From the NCBI GenBank assembly GCA_050575255.1, contig JBNZDD010013690.1:4329686-4393685 (forward strand): a stretch of 64,000 bases of DNA, in the 5' to 3' direction. Positions 10,421 through 23,323 of this stretch are shown piece after piece. How positions within the stretch are numbered: position 1 is the first letter of the stretch; each line of letters begins with the position of its first letter. Both the position numbers and the translations under genes were made by a program. Source of the stretch: Harriotta raleighana. Lineage: Eukaryota. A model generated the notes under the pieces. That model made no database searches. It had not been told where the DNA came from and saw only the letters and a list, made by a program, of their open reading frames with translations.

Positions 10421-13400
10421 TTTTCAATTGTTTGGAAACCTTACTAGAAAATCCAGGATTTTTAATTTAATAATAATGATTGCATTTGATTTAGTGCCTT
10501 TTCATGTTTTTGAGATGTCTTAAAGCACTTCACAGAATAAACTGTAAAGTGAATTATCTTTATATTTTGTGGGTGAAATGAAATTTGACAACAATACCTT
10601 CTATGTTGAGTTTACTATGCATTTCCAAGAAAAACGGCAAATAAAATGTAGAGTGTAATGCTATTTGAGACTATCTTGAAATTGGAGCAAATTAATTAAC
10701 TTTCCATAAAGTGAATTCGGAAAATGTTTTCACTCGGTTGTGAGAATGTGGGATGCACTGCCTAGAACGAGTGCATAATGGAGGTTGTGGATAAGAGTTT
10801 TGGATGCATTTGGCAATGAGGACTGAGGCAGCGATTTCCCACTGGTCTTCAGTTCAATATAAGGGTGGCTATCCTCCCTTAGTCTCTTAGGAGCTATGCT
10901 GACTCCCAACGTGACGTGAATTTACAGTGGAATACCAGAATCAAGTTAACACTCTGTAGCAGTCTTGGTCGTTCATTCCCTGTGGGTCCGCAGTCCAATA
11001 GCAGCAATAACTTACTGTTCCGTCCATACCAGGTGGCGTCCCAGAGCACTTCAGGGCACTGCATAGAATTGACCAACTAGCCTGGCATGTTGACAGTAAT
11101 TGGAGGGGCAGACTGGTTACTGGGAGCAGTTATTCTTTCCAATTGGATTTTCTTAACCCTACAAGCCAAATCTCTAATAAGTAGGATGGTCCTATCTGTA
11201 GAAGCAGTGGGAAGAAAGTTTGCCAGACAGTGTTCTCAATAGCAAATAATGTAGTCCAGCAGTATGCCAACGCACACTCTTGAGATAATAGCAAAACAGG
11301 AATAGGCCATTCAGCTCATTGAGTCGGTTCCACTTGTATAAAAATTGGCAGATCTTCTTAATTCCAATACCCCGTTATTCCATTGCACCCCTGAGTATCT
11401 CTAGGCAAAGGTCATGATGCCGAAGAGTTGCCTAATATTTTCTGCAATTGAAGGGAGTGCATACCATTCCAGACACAAAAATTTGGGCTGCTCATAAACA
11501 TGACAGTGGTTCCGCATGTGTCAGGCTCCTGCAAAACAATATTAAAAAAATCAAGTGTGAAATAAATGTATACTTAAGTTTCTGGGTTGCCAGAGTTTGT
11601 TTTGGAGAACTGCTAGAGTTTAACTAGCAGTTAAACCTGCCACTGCATAGCTTGCTATTGCGAATTCTGTCTTCCACTGATCGTCCAGCTAGGACCATTC
11701 TTATCTGTTGGATATTGCTGTGCGCAATTGGCTTCCGCGTTTTGCCCACAAATTTAGTCAATTCACTTCACAGTTTATTCTGTGAAGCACTTTGAGATGT
11801 CTAGGAAACATGAAAAACGCTACATCAAATGCAAGGATTCTACATAGAATTTTACGGCACAAAAGGAGGCCATTCGGCCCATCGAGTTTATGCTGGCTCT
11901 TTGATAAGAGCAACTCAATCCCATTCCCCAGCTCTCCCCATATCCGCGCAAACCCATCCTCCCCGAATAAAAGTCTCTTTAAAAAGTTGTTATCGAATCG
12001 GCCTCCACCGATTCAGGCAATGCATTCCAGATTCAAACAACTCGCTGAGTGAAAAAATTTCTCCTCACCTCCCCTCTGCTTCTGTTAGGATTTTGCCTTG
12101 CTCGGAGTGCCTCGTCTGCCCCTCTAAATCCTGCCAGCGATCTGGCTGGCCAGTCTTTCATTAGCAGTTACTTGGAGTACTGTGGACCCATATGTCTCAG
12201 GAAATAGACTGCCACACAAGATTGGCTTGATTGCAATATTCTGTTGTTTGGACCTGTCGCCACATGGGTACTTACCTGCTGCATTTGAAATACACATGCA
12301 AAGTGTAAATTATTGTCCTGTATCTTTCCCTGTAACATCATACTTTGCATAAATCCTATTAAATGTTATGGGCCTGACTGATATGATTTATGAGTTTTAT
12401 TGTAGTTTCTTCTGAAAAATTCCAAATGTCTGTGAGCCACCATATGTCCCTTCCAAGTTCAGACGCATCTGTTAAATAATAAGAAGAATCTTTACATTTG
12501 ATGTGGTTACTTTTACATCGGGAAGACATCTCGAAGCATTTCATGGGATTTATTATAAATTGTTGTGGCTATGTACAGTATATTCCCGGTAACTCGACCC
12601 TGGCTTAACTTGTCACTACCACTAATCATATTCCAGATATATTTATTTATGTATTTAAATGTATGCCTAACCCAGTGCTCTGGATAGCTCAAATCAACCC
12701 TTTTCCCTTGAAGTGCTGACTTATCAGTTTACTGTGAACTAATGCAGCAAGCAGTCCACTGCAATGCACTTTGAAACAGTCACAAAATCTTAATTGTTTG
12801 AAAATTGAATGTGCAAATTGTGTAAATTTTTCCTATTGATTTAAATTGCAATTTATTATTTGGTCCTCAGCAGTAATGAAAGCCACAGAACTTTTGACTG
12901 CAGTCTGGTTTTCTTCTGCTCTCCATTTGTACCATTAGGTGGTGCTGAAGTACTACTATATCATGCAAAACATTAGCGACGACAACAATACAATGTAGTA
13001 TTTCATGAAATCTGCTCCATGTCCCCAGACCCATCCGCCCTACCACTCTGCCCCCACTTCTGGAATTCCATCCCATAAATCCCTCTGCCTCACCCCAAGT
13101 CTCCTTCCAAGTCCCACCTCTAGATCCTCCTCTTCGACAGTGCCATCAGTCACCCCATTCCATTCCCTCCTTCACCCTCCCTGATCCCGAAACCAGCTCG
13201 GGTTTGAAACACCTTGGGATCCCCTCCCAACATGAAAGGTGCTATACAAATGTAATTTTTTGTTGTTGTTGCTGTTGAATGCAAAACTTTCTCTGTGCGT
13301 GATGTAGTTCATCAGAGCAACAGTTCTCAGTGATTAAATTGCACAGGAGCACAGATGACCATGCAGTTTTAATTCAACCTCCACATTGAGACTCATACTT

Positions 13401-13670
13401 AAGGCTGGCAATCCATTGCATTGTCAGAAGTACTGTCCCATCAGGTGATATTTTAACCAAGTTTCTGTCATCCTGTTTAGATGGATGTTAAAGATCCCAT
13501 GGCACTATTTGAAAGAGAAGGGAGTTTCACCCGGTGTCCTGATCACCAGTGCCTTTCGCTGGCTGTTTGTTGGAGGGATATTGCTGCACAACTTAGATGA
13601 AGAGTGTGTCTACAAATACACAGTCACTACACTTTTGAGTATTTGGATGATGTGATGAAACATTGTATGA

Positions 13671-13982
13671 AATAATAATAACAATCCTTGCATTTGATAT
13701 AGCGCTTTTCACATCTTCTCAACGTCTAAAATCGCTTCACAGAATATACTGTAAAGTTAATTCACTTTATATTTGTGGGCGAAACAGGGCAGCCAATTGC
13801 ACATAGCAGTGTCCCACAAAACAGTGATGGATTGAAATGAACAATTTTTGAAAAAAAATTGGGAAGGGATTATTACGTGTGTGGAGTAAGGAAACTTGCC
13901 CAAGGTTTCACCCCGACCTACCTGGATTTGAACACAGATCTCACACTTGTAAGACAAGTGCTCTAACCACTGAGCTACAGGA
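13671..13982 (-). mobile_element. Young tRNA SINE (duplicate at 30993-31304)
   Basis: Full length; A box TAGCTCAGTGG, B box GTTCAAATCC, (ATT)n tail. Confidence 0.9.
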
Positions 13983-15573
13983 TTTATAAAAAATGCATGG
14001 ATTATTTTATTATACAATTCTGTATTACCCCGCAAACAGTCCACACACAATATCAGCAACAAAACTGCTGCATAATTTCTCAAGCCTGTGGGTTTTGTAA
14101 GCAGAAATCAAACCCCGTTTACAGAGGTTCAAATGCAGATCAAGCCCCACTTAATTGTGGGAAATCTGGTTTGTTCCTATTTACACCACAACCCATTTTC
14201 TCTTAAGACTTTCTGTGTTCTTATCAAGGTCAAAGGATGACTCCCTCAAGGGAGAGAGTGCTTCATTCCAACAGTTATGTCTGGAAAATCCAAGTGTAGG
14301 TGGGATGTATGGAAGTTTCAGTTTGGATTGGATACTGTTAAACCCAGTGATGAGTTTCCGCATGTGTCAGACAACTGGCTGAGCTCCCTCCAATCCCCAC
14401 CACCCACCCAAACAAATCTGAGCCATGTGAGCTCTGGGATATGATAAGGACCGGTTCCTTCACCATTGAAAAGTATCTTTGTCGCTCTATGACAAGTCAA
14501 TCCAATGCAGAAACCGATGTCTGATAAAGTCAGTAAACTGCAGCATGTTTGTCAGGACACCACAGAATCACCATTTTATCTATGTTGTATTTTCCAGGGT
14601 TGAACTTTAACCCTGCTTTCTGCAATCACAACACATCAAAGACATGTATGTTGTAGATATTCTCTGATTGACTAAGACTGGCAGTGGTATCTATTTGCAG
14701 CAAACCAGCTTCATTCAGCAGAGAAAAACACCAGTTACTAGCATGTGGCTATGTTTTTAGCCTGGTGAGTACAAACAACAACAAAATTACACTTATAGCA
14801 TCTTTCATGTCAGGAGGATGTCCCAAGGCAATGGACAGTCACTGTGTCAGACCCAAGCTGGGGATGGAGGGAAGGGGGAGATTAGGAGAGGAGAGTTTTG
14901 AGGTGGGCTTGAAGGAAGCCCGGGAGGAGGAGAGGTGGAGGGACTGCAGGATGGAGTTCCGGAGGTTGGGGGCAGAGTGGCATTCAATGGATCTGCTAAT
15001 AGTCAGTTTGAGGTGTAACGATCCAACTCCCTCCATCCACCATCCGCTGTACAGGTCATGAGAATCACACAATTGACTATCTGACCATGTAAATGTCTGC
15101 AATCTACACCGATCAATGTCAGATTTTTGAGATTAAAATACACTTAAACGCACAGGTTTCAATTTCAATGGCTTCTTCACTTCCCTTTAAATATAATGTG
15201 AATTAGTTCCCATAAGCTTTAAGACAAGTTATGGGCATTTGGAAGTCATGGTGCCCATCTTCACCCTGTGATTGAGCTGATGCCTACATTTGTCTGAGAG
15301 CAACATAATACAGTGAAACGACTCTGCCCTCTGCACTCCCTATATGACCAGTCGCCATTTGAGGAATTATCTGTGCTTTCCATCAGCAGATGTTAATGTT
15401 ATTTCACCAACAACAACATTTATATTTCCTCCTCCTGGTTAGATTAGACACATGAAGCCACCTCACAATCACAATGAGGTCTCCCATATTAATGTAAATA
15501 ATATTAAAAGACATGATACCTAAGATGCCTCCACCTTTAGCATTTGTGTCATTTAGTTTGTTCATCCTAGTGG

Positions 15574-16601
15574 TAAGAACATAAGAACATAAGATTTAGG
15601 AGCGGGATTAGGCCATTCGGCCCTTCGAGCCTAGCCCACCATTCAATAAGATCATGGCTGATCTTTTGACCGAACTCCAATTACCTGCCCTATCCTCATA
15701 TCCCCTAATCCCTCTATTTTAAAAAAATCTATCAGTCTCAGCCTTGAAAATGTCCAAGGACTGAGCATCCACAGCCTTCTGTAGTAGTGAATTCCATAAA
15801 TTCACTACCCTCTGAGTGAAGAAATGTTTCCTCAACTCTGTTCTAAAAGGCTGACCTTTAATTTTAAGACTGTGACCCCTGGTTATAGATTCTCCTACCA
15901 GGGGAAACAGTCTCTCAGTATCTACTTTATCCAGCCCTTTAAGAATCTTATATGTTTCAATAAGGTCCCTCCTAATTCTTCTGTACTCTAGAGAATACAG
16001 CCCTAGTTTATTCAACCTATCCTCATAGGTCAGTCCCCTCATCCCAGGAACTAACCTAATGAATCTACGCTGCACCTCCTCTAAGACAAGTATGTGCTTT
16101 TTTAAATAAGGAGACCAAAACTGCACACAATACTCTAGGTGCGGTCTCACTAAAGCCCTATACAGTTGCAGCAAGACTTCCCTACTCTTGTACTCTAAAC
16201 CTTTTGAAATGAACACTAGCATGCCGTTCGCCTTCTTAGTTGCTTGCTGCACCTGCAAACTAACTTTTTGAGACTGGTGTACAAGGACACCCAAATCCCT
16301 TTGAATCTAACCTCTCGCCCTCTAGAAAATAATCTATTATTTTATTTTTGCCAACTAGGTGAATAATTTTTCACTTGCCCACATTAAATTCCATCTGCCA
16401 CATACTTGCCCACTCCCCTAGCCTATCTATATCTTGTTCCAATCTTTTTGCATCTTCCTCAATACTCACTCTACCTACCTAGTTTAGTGTCATCGTGAAT
16501 TTAGACACATTACATTCAATGTCCTCATCCAGATCATTGATGTAAATAGTAAATCGCTAAGGCCCAAGCATTGATCCTTGTGTCACTCCACTAGTTACAT
16601 C
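15574..16601 (-). mobile_element. CR1 LINE 3' fragment, same subfamily as 1850-4491 (duplicate at 32896-33923)
   Basis: 191-aa ORF nearly identical to ORF 3786-4247; (TTCTTATG)n tail. Confidence 0.95.
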
Positions 16602-17327
16602 TATTTGGTCTGTTTGTTTATATTAGTCAAGAGAATGGGAAGCATTAATTGCAAATTCTGCTTACGATTTCCACATTGATGTCCAACGTTATTATTGTAA
16701 GCCATGGAATATTAAGTGGGGGACAGAGTGCAATTGGACTTTTCCTGTTTCTGAATTGATTGCTCCACTCTTCCTCCATATTCCTTGATAATAATAATTC
16801 CTGCATTTGATATCACACCTTTCATGTCAGGAGAATATCTTGAAGCACTTTCCAGGATTTTCTATTTTGTAGCTGAATGGAGTAGCCAATTTTGGGTGCA
16901 GTAAGGTTCCACGAACAGCTACTGAAGTAGATGATCAATTTTATCTGGGTGAGTATTGGCCTGAACATCAGGAGAAACTCCCTTCTCTTTTCAAATAGTG
17001 CTACTGGATCTGTAATGGCAGACAAGACCTTGGTTTTACATCTCATTGGAAAGACCGTGAAGGGCTGTCCCAGGATTGTCAACATAGATCATGAGTTCAA
17101 CGCCCCACAACCATCTGGCTCAGAGGTGAAAGTGCTACTAACTGAGACACTGTAATACCCAATGTAACCATTCTGCAGCTAAGAAACAATACTCAAACAT
17201 GACCTTTAGAAAACAAAAGGGACTGAAACATCAGGAGTAGTCAAATGGTCCTGACATACAGTATCTTAAAATTGAGGTTGTTCATTCCCATCCAATTCCA
17301 TCTTACCCGAGTTACACAGCAATGTTG

Positions 17328-17712
17328 TACAACAACAACAAAATTAGATTTATAGAGCGCCTTTCACGTCAGGAGGACGACCCAAGGCACTGAAGAGGCA
17401 TGTAAAGGTTGAAGAGGAGGGGACAGAGGAAAGAGACTTGAGGCATGCTGCACGAGATGGTGCGGGCACTGGAAGAGAAACTGTTGACAGAGACAGAATG
17501 GACTCGGTGTGAGAGGTAGGACCTGAATGAGTCAAGGAAAGAACCTTGAAGGTTGAGGTGAGAAGAGAGGTGAAGAGGGAGGAGGATTGAGTGGTCCATG
17601 GTATCGAAGGGAGGTCCCGATATGAAAGGCGCTCTAGAAATGTAATTTTGTTGTTGTTTTGTATTCTATTGAAGGCGATTGAGTGGTCCATGGTGTCGAA
17701 GGCACCTAAGTC
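17328..17712 (-). mobile_element. L2 RT fragment fused to L2 3' tails (duplicate at 34650-35034)
   Basis: AFDTMDHSIL...FRSYLS...PQVSFLCPLLFNLYM peptides. Confidence 0.8.
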
Positions 17713-19889
17713 TGGATAAGATTGGACACTGGCTTAATTAGCTATTGGAAATCATTTTTATAATAATAATAATCCTTGAATTTAATATGGTATGTTACCA
17801 CATGTTCGCGACATCTCAAAGTGCTTCACAAAATATATCATAAAGTGAATTGACTATATTTTCTGGATGAAACATGGTCTTAAATTGCGCACAGCAGTAT
17901 CCCACAAACATTGATGGGTTGAGTAACCATATTAGAATTTGTATAATAGAAGTATATTTTACATACTCGGATTTCTTTCTAACACATTATTTTATTTATG
18001 TTATTAATGACCTACCTGATATAAGGGAATATAAAACCAGATGGGGAAACTGCTTGGAAAAGATACAAACATTGTGTTTTTCTACTTTTATTATGACTGC
18101 ATACAGTACTAAAATACTTTATATCCAAAATAGGTACAGTATATCACTTGATGAAATGGTTTTTAAAAAATTACTTTGCAGCTCTATTACCAGATTCTTG
18201 CTTGAAACTTTGGGCTGAAATTGAGGACATTTCACATTGCATTCCTGAGACCAGGTTACATGTTTCAGCCCACAATCACAGCTTGGCCTCATTGCAAAAA
18301 AAGCTCTGATTTTTATCTTTGACTCTTCCCACCTTCTCAGAATCCACAACAGGCCGAGCCACAGCTCCAAGCTGACTTTTCCCAAAAATCGGGCAAATTC
18401 TAGCAGCAAAAATACAATGTTGAAGCTATTTTAAGGCTGGTTTTGCATTCGCACAATAACAAATGCAGGCAGACTATTTTAGAGAACTGGCCGCTCAAGG
18501 TATTTTTGGGGCATCACTTCAAATAATTGGTGGCAAAGCAATCAGATGAACCATGAAAGTTCCTAACTTGAGCTTGAGGTCCCACATGCCCCTTCATCCA
18601 ACTGTGCTGTAACTGTTAATGTTAACATTATTGTCCCGACTTGAAAGGCTTCACACAACAACAAATTTATATAGTGCCCACCACGCCAGATGGCATCTCA
18701 CAACACTTAATGTAATTTTGTTGCTGTTGTTATTTTGAGTATTGTACTGTAACTTTTTAATCTTAGATTTAATTCTCGTATGTAATTATGATACAGTTCA
18801 CATTTTATATGTCGTATTTTCGCATCTGGAGAACATGTCAAAGTGCTTTACACAGCTGGGTTGGGGGTGGACGGGGAGGCGGGAGGTTGAAAGGTGACTG
18901 AAGGAGCACTTTGAAAGTGTGGAGAAAGGAGGCTGGTGGGAGGAATAACTGTCAATCGGTACAGGTTTGGTATCAAACTGTCATTTGATACAGGATTTTG
19001 TACTTCGTAGTTGAAGGGGGCAGCCAATTTGAAGCACAGCAAATTTCCACAAACAGCCATTGAAGTGAATGATCAATTTTATCTGGGCGATTGTTGGCCT
19101 TTTGCTATGTTGGCTATCTAGAGCTCTATACAATTTCAGAGCAGGAAGTGTAACTGTTTTTGCATCCACAACAACAACATTACACTTGTATAGCATCTTT
19201 CACATCGGGAGGACGCCCCAAAGAGCTGAACAGTCAGATCGGGACCCAAGCAGGTGGGGGGGGAGGGTCGGGGGTAGGGGGAGGTGGAAGGAGAGGGGGA
19301 AGAGTCAGGGGGAAGCCGAAGGCGCGGTCGAAATCGCTTTACTTCTAGCTGTGTAAACGGGATGTAAATTGTCAAAAAAAAAGCGAGTGACGCTGTCTGC
19401 TAATGCATTCCGCTAATGTATTGGCAAATAAAATGGATATAAACCATTCAGATTGTCCAGGTAGGTCAAATCATGATTGCGGTAAATCTATTCAATGTCA
19501 TGTTCCTTTTAACAGAAGGAATTGCAATGTCTTATCCCTTAAGAGGAATGTACTATTCTCCAAGCAGATTTTGGTTCATATCTGTCCGTAACCTTCATAC
19601 AAATAATAATAATAATAATAATACTTGCAATTAATACAGCACCTTATCATGTGGTTGAGATGACTTAAAGCTCTTCACAGAATATATTGTAAAGCGGATT
19701 GATTGTATAGAGCTCTAGATTCGCCAATCAACTAACAACTGGGTTCCTACTTATTCTAGGTAAACAGAGGTGTCTGGAGAAAGGAAACACAACAAGGTTT
19801 CACCCTACAACACCAACTACATTTATATACCAGGATTGGGGAGGGTGGAGGCTAAAGGGCAGGGGGGGTGGAAGGTGGGGAAGGATGTT

Positions 19890-20208
19890 ATAATAATAAT
19901 AATAATCCTTGCATTTGATATAGCGCTTTTCACATCTTATCGAAGTCCCAAAGCGCTTCACGAAAAATACTGTAAAGTGAATTGACTGTATATTTGTGGG
20001 CGGAACGCGGCAGCCAATTGCGCACAGCAGCGTCCCACAAACAGTCATGGATTGAAATGACCAATTTTATTATTGTGTTTTTTTTGGAAGGACTATTGTT
20101 AGGCATGTGGAGTAAGGAAACTTGCCCAAGGTTTCGCCCTGATCTGCCTGGATTCGAACACAAGTCTCATGCTTGTAAGGCGAGTGCTCTAACCACTGAG
20201 CTACAGGA
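19890..20208 (-). mobile_element. Young tRNA SINE, near-consensus copy (duplicate at 37212-37530)
   Basis: TCCTGTAGCTCAGTGGTTAGAGCACTCGCCTTACAAGC...GTTCGAATCC; CpGs intact; (ATT)n tail. Confidence 0.92.
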
Positions 20209-21540
20209 GATCAAAAGTACGGTCGAAGAGGAGGGCCTCGAGGTGGATTTTGAAGGAGGTAAGGGATGGGGCAAGGTGGCAGGACAGCGAATGGAGTTTT
20301 TCATATTAAGAGCACAAAGGAATTGGAGAAAGCTATTCTAAATTATGTTTTCTAAGCTACAAACAAAATACAATCTTGTATCGTAATAGAACTCTAATTT
20401 TTTATTAGGTATATACATCTTAGATACAATGTTCATTATGAGTGAATACAAAATTATATATAAAGTAAATACAATGCCTAAATAGTCAATATTAGATACA
20501 TTCATACATACAATATTTTAGTTTATCCTATTATCAATTTAAATGGAGTAATACATTTCAAATCCAGTGGATGGCACTAAAGGTATATATTTCCCATCAC
20601 CAAACATTCACATTTCATTGTCATAGATTGAGTATCTGAGTTTGGTGATGTTGACAGCAGGTTATTTTTCATGTACATGATAAGGAAATGATTGAAAAAC
20701 TGTGTAAAGCACTAAAACGATCCATCCCAATTATCTGAATGTAAAGCAAATAGTGAAATGACATGAGACAGCTTCGACCCAGATACCAGGAGTCACGGTT
20801 CCACATCACAAAGCTGGCAATAATGTGGATAATGAAACTCGCACAAGCTCTAAAGATGGTCAGTGACCTACCTATCTATATTCCTTCTCCACTCCACTAG
20901 TGACTAGTGCACCTCATACTTACTGATCTCTACCCAGACCCTGATATGTGGGGATTTATTTCTGCATATCATCTACCCGGATTCTCCTCTGCTCACCCCC
21001 TGATCTAGTGCTATTTCCATTCCATTTTCCATTCAGTGAAAACCTCAACAATCTTCCCTGCATCTCCCAATAATACGGCCATGGTGTGTGTCATGTTTCA
21101 TTTCATTGCTTGTGTAGAAAATGAAACGTCATACTTACACTGGAAAGGGGATCTGGTACAGATCAGTTAAAGCCACACTGTTCAGGACTGTAGACAGGTG
21201 TAAACTGCACCATATCTAACCAGGAAATGCTACACATGTTCACAAGGTGAAAAGAGAAATTATATTCCATTTTCAGCATTGTCTTACCTTCATAAGCCCT
21301 ACATACTCTCATGCCCTCACCCACACTCCCTCTCTCCAAGGCTGGTTTGATAGCACTTGATGTTAATGCATCAGTCCTGTACTGGACACACTTCACACGC
21401 AATTGCTACAAGGGAATGGTACACTTATGCTTTAACACTGGAAGAGCAGTAAAGAAAACTTGTTGGTGAGGGGATGCTGCAACCTTGGGAATGTATAGAT
21501 TTTCTGTTCGGTGGATGGGAGTGAAGTATCCTTTCTTTAA

Positions 21541-21745
21541 TTAAGTTGGCGGTGGAGTACAGAAGAGCAGGGATTTGTAGTCAGGTGGTGGAATGCAACA
21601 ATTGATCTTTAACTCAGATATATTGAGCTGGTCCAAATTCTCACATGTTTGAATGCCATCGTTTCCATAACACTGACGGGAACTGCGAGCGCTTGACTGA
21701 TTGGCAGCTTCGGAGAATGTAATCTCCTTGGCTGATGCTTTCAAC
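21541..21745 (-). CDS. FLT1: FLT1 terminal exon, second assembled copy
   Basis: Same sequence as 38863-39067. Confidence 0.7.
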
Positions 21746-23228
21746 CTGGGAAAAAAAAAAAGCCACAAAATACAATACTGTACTTTCAGTGTCAGGTGCA
21801 ATTCAAAACGTTTGCTTTGATTTCATGCAAACAGACACGAGAAACCTGACACATATGAATACAAATCCCACTCATACAAATGAGTACTCCTAAAAAAAGG
21901 AACGAGATTCTGGCAGCTTTTTTTATATATATATATAGTGCCTATCCCATGTAGTAGGCTCGGATCCTGACCCCTGACCCAATCCTTGGGACGTCCTCCT
22001 GACATGAAAAGCACTCAAAATTACAAATGTAATTTTATTGTCGGTGTTATAGTTGTGGTGACTTTTTTTTACATCAAAGCCCCACAAACAGCCACAAAGT
22101 GATTAGAGGAGAATTCATATGGAATTATTTGGCTAATTGTTGTCTTTTCTCTTGTGGATCGCTTTGTGCCAATTACTGCTGAATTTGCCAGCCACGGTAT
22201 GTTACAGCTTACTCCAGTGTGGTTGAGAATTTGAGTAAGTTGGACTCTCTTGGTTTATAAGGTGTAGTTAGTGTCTGACCGTATTTCAAAATGACAAGAG
22301 TTAACAACATTCTCTGTGTATTACAGTGAAGGATGGTTTAAGGACGATTTAAAAAAAATTCCGCTCTTCTGTGTGGCCCTTATTTGAAGATAAAATGATC
22401 TTACATGACATTTCTGGTGTCAAGTGGGACTTGACAGCACTAGAAGGCTGTATTTACAGTGTAGCCCTGCTATGGAAGGCAAGATTGCTATTGATATATC
22501 AAAGTAACACACTTGACTGAAGCATGCCACATTCCCTCCCATACCTCCTTCAAGGTGCACCTCAAAACTCTTCTTTTCAATCTCTCCCTTGGTTCTGCGC
22601 TCCACCCTCCCCAATACCGACCCGCAGCTCGGGTCCAATTCCCTGGCCGTTCAGCACCTTAGGACATCCTCCCCAGGTGAAAGGAGCTACACAAACATAA
22701 TTTTGTATTGTATTGTGTATGACTGTTTAAAAAAAAGTTCTGCAATACTCAATCTATTTCTGTTTTGCAGCTAAAGCAAGTAAAAGAGAAAACAAATCTA
22801 TTCTTTGCTTTAGGAAACAGGAAAGTGCAGGAAGGAGTGAGAAAGCAGTCAGGACTTTTACTCTAAACGTTGCCATCTAATTAAGTAGAATGTATGGCAA
22901 AGACAGCAGATAATTGATGGGATACTGATAAATGGCTAAGCTTGACTGAAAAATTAAGCTCCTGCTGTAAGTTGCCTTGGTTGTCCAGATTTCAAATGAT
23001 GTTTACGCAGCACAAATTTACCCCTACTCTCAAAATGCATTTTGTCAGAAAAAGGACTTCCTACTTAATCACCTTCCTGCAAGTTTAGGACAGACACGCA
23101 CGGTGCCAAAATTTCATGTGTTCCTTGCTGCACACAATTTCGTTTTGTACTAGATGTCTCGTATTTTTCCTGGCATCCGTTTCCTGTTATAATTACTGCA
23201 TACAGTATTGTGTATTGTGTACACTCAC

Positions 23229-23323
23229 CCAAAAGACTGAAAGAGGCCAGCTTTGCTCTCCAACCACATTAGATGCCTCATCTCTTCCGAAGCTAAAACC
23301 ATCCCACTGTCAGTTTGATAATC
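23229..23323 (-). CDS. FLT1: FLT1 exon 29, second assembled copy
   Basis: Same sequence as 40551-40645. Confidence 0.7.

Noticed and set aside
19254-19311. G-quadruplex-like G-runs downstream of the FLT1 poly(A) site
   Set aside because: They are the purine-rich part of an L2 3' fragment seen in many copies
20130-20208. tRNA-Val-like sequences with A and B boxes
   Set aside because: They are SINE heads: each continues into the same body and (ATT)n tail and lacks a proper acceptor stem
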